From contig CAVRVY010000004.1 of assembly GCA_963724765.1 (NCBI GenBank), positions 1,376,001 to 1,440,000 on the forward strand: a stretch of 64,000 bases of DNA. Reading direction: 5' to 3'. How positions within the stretch are numbered: the first letter of the stretch is position 1; the number at the start of each line of letters is the position of its first letter. This DNA comes from an uncultured delta proteobacterium. GTDB taxonomy: Bacteria; Desulfobacterota; Binatia; Binatales; Binataceae. The notes under the pieces are model-generated. The model did no database searches, was not told the DNA's origin, and saw only the letters and a program-made list of their open reading frames with translations. Below, piece by piece: positions 60,050 through 64,000 of this stretch. Position numbers and translations under genes: made by a program.

Positions 60050-60820
60050 ATGATTGAGGAGCGCTTGCGCCGGCTCCTGGAGCAGGTCGCGGCAGGCAAG
60101 CTGGCCGCCGCAGCGGCGCTCGAACGCCTGCGCCATCTGCCCTTCGAGGATCTCGGCTTCGCCAAGGTCGACCAGCATCGCGCACTTCGCCGCGGCGTGC
60201 CCGAGGTCATCTTTGGCGAGGGCAAAAGCGCCGCGCAAATCGCGGCGATCGGCGCGCGCGTCGTCGCCACCGGCGCCAATCTGGTAGTCACCCGGCTGGA
60301 GCTGAAAAAGGCGCGCGAGCTGCGCCGGCGCCTGCGCGGCCTCACTTATCATCCCGAAGCCAGGCTCGGCGTGATCCTCAAGCATCGGCCCGCGCCGCGC
60401 GGCCACGGCAGTGTGATGGTGATGAGCGCCGGCACCTCGGACCTGGCGGTGGCCGAGGAGGCGGCGCTGTGTGCCGAACTTTTCGGCAACGCGGTCGAGC
60501 GCCTTTACGACGTCGGTGTCGCCGGCATCCATCGCCTCACCGCCAACCTTGAGCGCGTGCACGCGGCGGCGGTGCTGATCGTGGCGGCCGGGATGGAAGG
60601 GGCGCTGCCCTCAGTCGTGGCGGGGCTGACCGACAAGCCGGTGATCGCGGTCCCGACCAGCGTCGGCTACGGCGCCGCGTTCGGCGGCGTGGCGGCGCTG
60701 CTCGGGATGCTCAATTCGTGCGCGAGCGGAGTCACGGTGGTCAACATCGACAACGGTTTCGGCGCCGCTTTTGCCGCGACGCTGATCAACCGCGTAGGCA
60801 TCGCGCGTGAGCGGTCGTGA
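60050..60820 (+). CDS. larB: nickel-pincer cofactor biosynthesis carboxylase LarB (PurE-like)
   Basis: PEVIFGEGK, AGTSD, DVGVAGIHR, AGMEGALPSV, PTSVGYG, NIDNGFGA. Confidence 0.9.
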   Translation: MIEERLRRLLEQVAAGKLAAAAALERLRHLPFEDLGFAKVDQHRALRRGVPEVIFGEGKSAAQIAAIGARVVATGANLVVTRLELKKARELRRRLRGLTYHPEARLGVILKHRPAPRGHGSVMVMSAGTSDLAVAEEAALCAELFGNAVERLYDVGVAGIHRLTANLERVHAAAVLIVAAGMEGALPSVVAGLTDKPVIAVPTSVGYGAAFGGVAALLGMLNSCASGVTVVNIDNGFGAAFAATLINRVGIARERS

Positions 60821-62145
60821 CAGAGAAGCCGAATAAATCGATCACCTCGGGGCGCACGCGCCGCGCGCTGAAGATCGGCGGGCTCGCCTCGCAGGTCGGC
60901 TCCAGCTACCTGTGGACTTCGATACGCAAGCCCTTCCTCGACGCCGCGCGCCACGAGCGCGAACTGCTCGACACCCACATCCGCAACGCCCAGCGCATCG
61001 TCGAAAGCTCCACCCAGTTGCGCGGCGCGTTCATGAAGCTGGTGCAGATGCTCTCGATGCGGGAGGACTTGTTGCCGATCGAAGCGATCGACCTGCTCAA
61101 GACCACGCGCGACGGCGTGCCACCGATGGACTATCCGATGATCGCGCAGCAGATCCGCCGCGAACTCGGCAAGCGCCCCGAGCAGCTCTTCTCAAATTTC
61201 GAGCCGCGCGCCTTCGCCGCCGCCTCGCTCGGCCAAGTCCATCGCGCGCGCCTCAAAAGTGGCGAGGAAGTCGCGGTCAAGGTTCAGTATCCGGGCATCG
61301 ACGCGACCGTGCGCCAGGACCTTGGCAATCTTAAGCTGCTGCTGCGTACGCTGCAGGCGATCGCCGGCGACGTGATGCGGCAGAAGATCGAGACCCGCAC
61401 GGTCTACCGCGAACTCGAGGAACGGCTGGTCGAGGAACTCGACTACCGAATCGAGGCGCGCAACACGATGGAGTTCCATCGGCTGTACGCTGGCGATCCC
61501 GAGACGATCATCCCGGCGGTCGTCGGCGATCTGAGTTCGCGCCGCGTGCTCACGATGACTTACCTCGACGGCTACCATCTCTCGGACCTGATGAACCCGA
61601 CAGCCGATCTCGAGCTGCGCAAATGGGTCACGCGCAAGTACTACGAGCTGGTCTGGCGTCAGTTGCTCGAATTCGGCGTGCTTCACACCGATCCGCATCC
61701 CGGCAACTACCTCGTCACCCATCATCCGCACATTTGCATTCTCGACTTCGGATCGATTCGCCGTTATCCCGAATCGATTCGCCGCGCCAATCTCCAATTC
61801 GCCCGCGCGCTGGTCGAACGTAACGACCGCGCGCTCGGACAGGCGCTGGTCAAGCTCGGCTACCTCGACCGCGGCCAGAGTCCGCGTCCGATGATCGAGG
61901 CCGTTCACATGTTGTTCGAGCCGGTCCTGGAGGACCGGCTCTACGGGCCTGACGAGTACGACCTGGTCGGCAAACTCGCACTGGTGGGCGAGATCGCGTT
62001 CAAGCACAAGCTTTACAAGTCGCCCGCGCACGGGGTGTTCACCGTGCGCGCACTGGTCGGGCTCGACGGCATTATGCGCGGCCTCGGCGTGCGCGCCAAT
62101 TACCACGATCTGTTTCGGGAATGCGTGGGACGCGTGCGGGCATGA
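60817..62145 (+). CDS. ABC1/UbiB (AarF) atypical kinase
   Basis: MKLVQ, AAASLGQVH, VAVKVQYP, EELDY, HTDPHPGN, LDFG. Confidence 0.92.
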   Translation: MTEKPNKSITSGRTRRALKIGGLASQVGSSYLWTSIRKPFLDAARHERELLDTHIRNAQRIVESSTQLRGAFMKLVQMLSMREDLLPIEAIDLLKTTRDGVPPMDYPMIAQQIRRELGKRPEQLFSNFEPRAFAAASLGQVHRARLKSGEEVAVKVQYPGIDATVRQDLGNLKLLLRTLQAIAGDVMRQKIETRTVYRELEERLVEELDYRIEARNTMEFHRLYAGDPETIIPAVVGDLSSRRVLTMTYLDGYHLSDLMNPTADLELRKWVTRKYYELVWRQLLEFGVLHTDPHPGNYLVTHHPHICILDFGSIRRYPESIRRANLQFARALVERNDRALGQALVKLGYLDRGQSPRPMIEAVHMLFEPVLEDRLYGPDEYDLVGKLALVGEIAFKHKLYKSPAHGVFTVRALVGLDGIMRGLGVRANYHDLFRECVGRVRA

Positions 62146-63116
62146 GCGCGGGACCCGCGCGTAAAAATCCGTCCGCGAGATCCGCGCGGAAGAATTCGCC
62201 CGCGGGACCGGCGCGTAAAAATCCGTCCGCGGGACCCGCGCGGAAGAATTCGCCCGCACGGGTCGCACCCGCGCCACCGCCGCTTGAGGCGCTCGAACGC
62301 CACCGCGACCATCATTTCTGCCGCGTCCGCCATCGCCGGATAAGCGGCGAGCGCGCCGCGCTCGATTTCATCGAGGAAGTCGGTTTCTGCGCAGCGTTCA
62401 CGGCCGGAATGGGCGTGCCGTGCCTGCGCGAGGCGATCGAGGGGATGCGCGAGCCGCCGCTGCCCGAGCATATCCAGCACGATCGGGCGATCGTGATGAC
62501 CTGGAACATCAAGGACGCGCTCCCGGCCAGGAAACTCGTCTACTACGGCAAAGTGCTGGGCGGACGACCGGGCTTCATCGCGCGCGGCCTGCTTGCCGCC
62601 TTTTTGCGCCTGCGAGCCGAGCCGCGCGGCTACCGTGCGTTGTATGAGCGCGGGATGCTCACGCACTGCGCGAAGCTGGTGATGGATGCGCTCACGCGGC
62701 GCGGCGCCGCAGAGACCAAGGCGCTCAAGCTCAGCGCCGGCTACGCGCAGGCGAAGATGCGCGGCGAATTCGATCGCGCGATGAAAGAGTTGCAGGAAAA
62801 ATTTCTCGCGCTCAAAGTCGAAGAGCGTTACGACCCCTTCACTTACGTGTGGGACACGATGGAGCATCGATGGGGCGAGGCGCAGCGCGAGGCGCGCGCG
62901 CTTACCCGCGGCGAAGCCGCGTATCTGGTCGTGCGGCGATATTTCGAGGTTGCCGGCTTCGGCCATGAGCGCGCCGTCGCGCGCCTGCTGACGATCGATC
63001 CGGCGCTGGTTGACGGTGCTGCGCGCCGGCTCGAACGTGAAAGCCGGATAAGACGGGCGCTCCGCGTCGAGGGCTTGATCGGCCAGCACAGCATCCTTGC
63101 CGGGCTTACAGATTGA
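62142..63116 (+). CDS. putative AlkZ-related winged-helix DNA-binding/glycosylase protein with basic N-terminal repeats
   Basis: ATG overlaps kinase stop; ALDFIEEVGF, TWNIKD.LP, YYGK...GRP.FI motifs (family recalled, not searched). Confidence 0.55.
   Translation: MSAGPARKNPSARSARKNSPAGPARKNPSAGPARKNSPARVAPAPPPLEALERHRDHHFCRVRHRRISGERAALDFIEEVGFCAAFTAGMGVPCLREAIEGMREPPLPEHIQHDRAIVMTWNIKDALPARKLVYYGKVLGGRPGFIARGLLAAFLRLRAEPRGYRALYERGMLTHCAKLVMDALTRRGAAETKALKLSAGYAQAKMRGEFDRAMKELQEKFLALKVEERYDPFTYVWDTMEHRWGEAQREARALTRGEAAYLVVRRYFEVAGFGHERAVARLLTIDPALVDGAARRLERESRIRRALRVEGLIGQHSILAGLTD
62148..62255 (+). repeat. 4 x 27-bp in-frame tandem repeat (alternating, 54-bp super-unit)
   Basis: AGPARKNPS / ARSARKNSP / AGPARKNPS / AGPARKNSP. 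Confidence 0.85.
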
Positions 63117-63153
63117 GGGCAAGCAGCAGATTGAAGGAAAAGAGGACCATCTC

Positions 63154-63696
63154 ATGAAGCAGACTGGAAACCGGGCGATGTTGATTGCGGCGTTGATGGC
63201 GGGCGCGGTTGGCGGCGCCGCTTCGGCGCGAGTATGGCCCGCGCCGGCATCGGCGTTCGCCGACCAACAGTTGCTGACCAGCATCAGCGCGAAGCAATTC
63301 GAAGTGATGGACGAGCAGGGAAATATGCGCGCCAAGCTGAACGTCTCGGGCGAGGGAATGGCACATCTGGGACTGTACGATCAGCAGGGCATCGAGCGTG
63401 CGGCGCTGGTCGTGACCAAGGAGGGGACCTCGATGCTGGCGATGTCGGGCGACGACGGCAAGCCGCGGCTGGCGGTGAACGTCGCGGCTCACGACGGCCC
63501 GGCGGCGTTTGCGTTGCTTAATTCCGACAGCACCACTGCGGCCGAACTCGCCATGAACAAGGACACCCGCTCGCTCCTGCTCGCGAACGTCAAGGGCGGC
63601 GCTCGGCTGCGCCTGCAAACGAACCAGGGAGCCAACGCCGAGACGGCGCTGACGATTTATGACAAGAGCGGCAAACCGCTCAAGAAAATTCCGTGA
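63154..63696 (+). CDS. exported hypothetical protein with short beta-strand repeats
   Basis: SD GAGGA; signal peptide; repeated L.D..G..R..L units. Confidence 0.7.
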   Translation: MKQTGNRAMLIAALMAGAVGGAASARVWPAPASAFADQQLLTSISAKQFEVMDEQGNMRAKLNVSGEGMAHLGLYDQQGIERAALVVTKEGTSMLAMSGDDGKPRLAVNVAAHDGPAAFALLNSDSTTAAELAMNKDTRSLLLANVKGGARLRLQTNQGANAETALTIYDKSGKPLKKIP

Positions 63697-63714
63697 GTGG
63701 CACAGGCGACGGCG

Positions 63715-63999
63715 TCACCATTGCTCGTAATGAACGGCGCGCCGCTCATAGCCGGCGCCGCGCAGCAAATCGCGAAGTCTGAGCACGCTCTTGCCGACGC
63801 CGCAGACGTAGAAGTGGCGGCTGCGATCGGAATCGGAGTCGATCCATCGCCGCTGGGTCTCGGCGATCAACCGATCGTAGAGCTCGGAGGCCGGCGCGAG
63901 AAGAGAAGCGAAGTTTACCCCAGACGCCGCCCACTGTGCGATCTCCTCGCGATAGAGCAGATGGGCGGAATCGGGCGCGGCGTAGAGCAGGCTAAGCGC
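63715..63999 (-). CDS. C-terminus of a ferredoxin-NADP reductase-like flavoprotein (5' partial)
   Basis: Hand translation ...LLYREE...HFYVCGVGKSV...VHYEQW-stop; YVCG plus terminal aromatic residue are FNR-family marks. Confidence 0.75.
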   Translation of the reverse strand, partial: ALSLLYAAPDSAHLLYREEIAQWAASGVNFASLLAPASELYDRLIAETQRRWIDSDSDRSRHFYVCGVGKSVLRLRDLLRGAGYERRAVHYEQW

Positions 64000-64000
64000 C

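Overview
High-GC bacterial chromosome segment with about 60 protein genes and one initiator tRNA. It has no CRISPR array, prophage or transposase. Gene content and style suggest a soil Deltaproteobacteria-like lineage such as Candidatus Binatota (inference only). Housekeeping content: folK, transaldolase, grpE-dnaK-dnaJ, aroE, pyrE, nth, thiL, an acetoin/pyruvate dehydrogenase E1a-E1b-E2 set, a MoxR/DUF58/vWA operon, acyl-CoA metabolism genes, a sigma54 two-component system, OPT and MFS transporters, and a Fur-family regulator with a perfect Fur box. The main result is two unlinked rhodanese genes, each interrupted by an in-frame TGA at the same active-site position (YC-x4-TGA). In both, the rhodanese C-terminal half continues in frame and a SECIS-like hairpin follows, so both are probable selenoproteins that the ORF track splits. 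One (14054-15328, minus) is fused to a 2-TM K+-channel pore (TTTSVGYGD) with a C-terminal CxxC, a candidate selenium-dependent, redox/sulfur-gated ion channel. The other (49290-49784) has a signal peptide. Other leads are a 59-aa CxxH/HxxC protein absent from the ORF track, a split mesaconyl-CoA-hydratase-like module, an SDR plus pseudo-SDR pair, and a divergent STT3-like GT-C protein. No database searches were run; family calls come from motif recognition.
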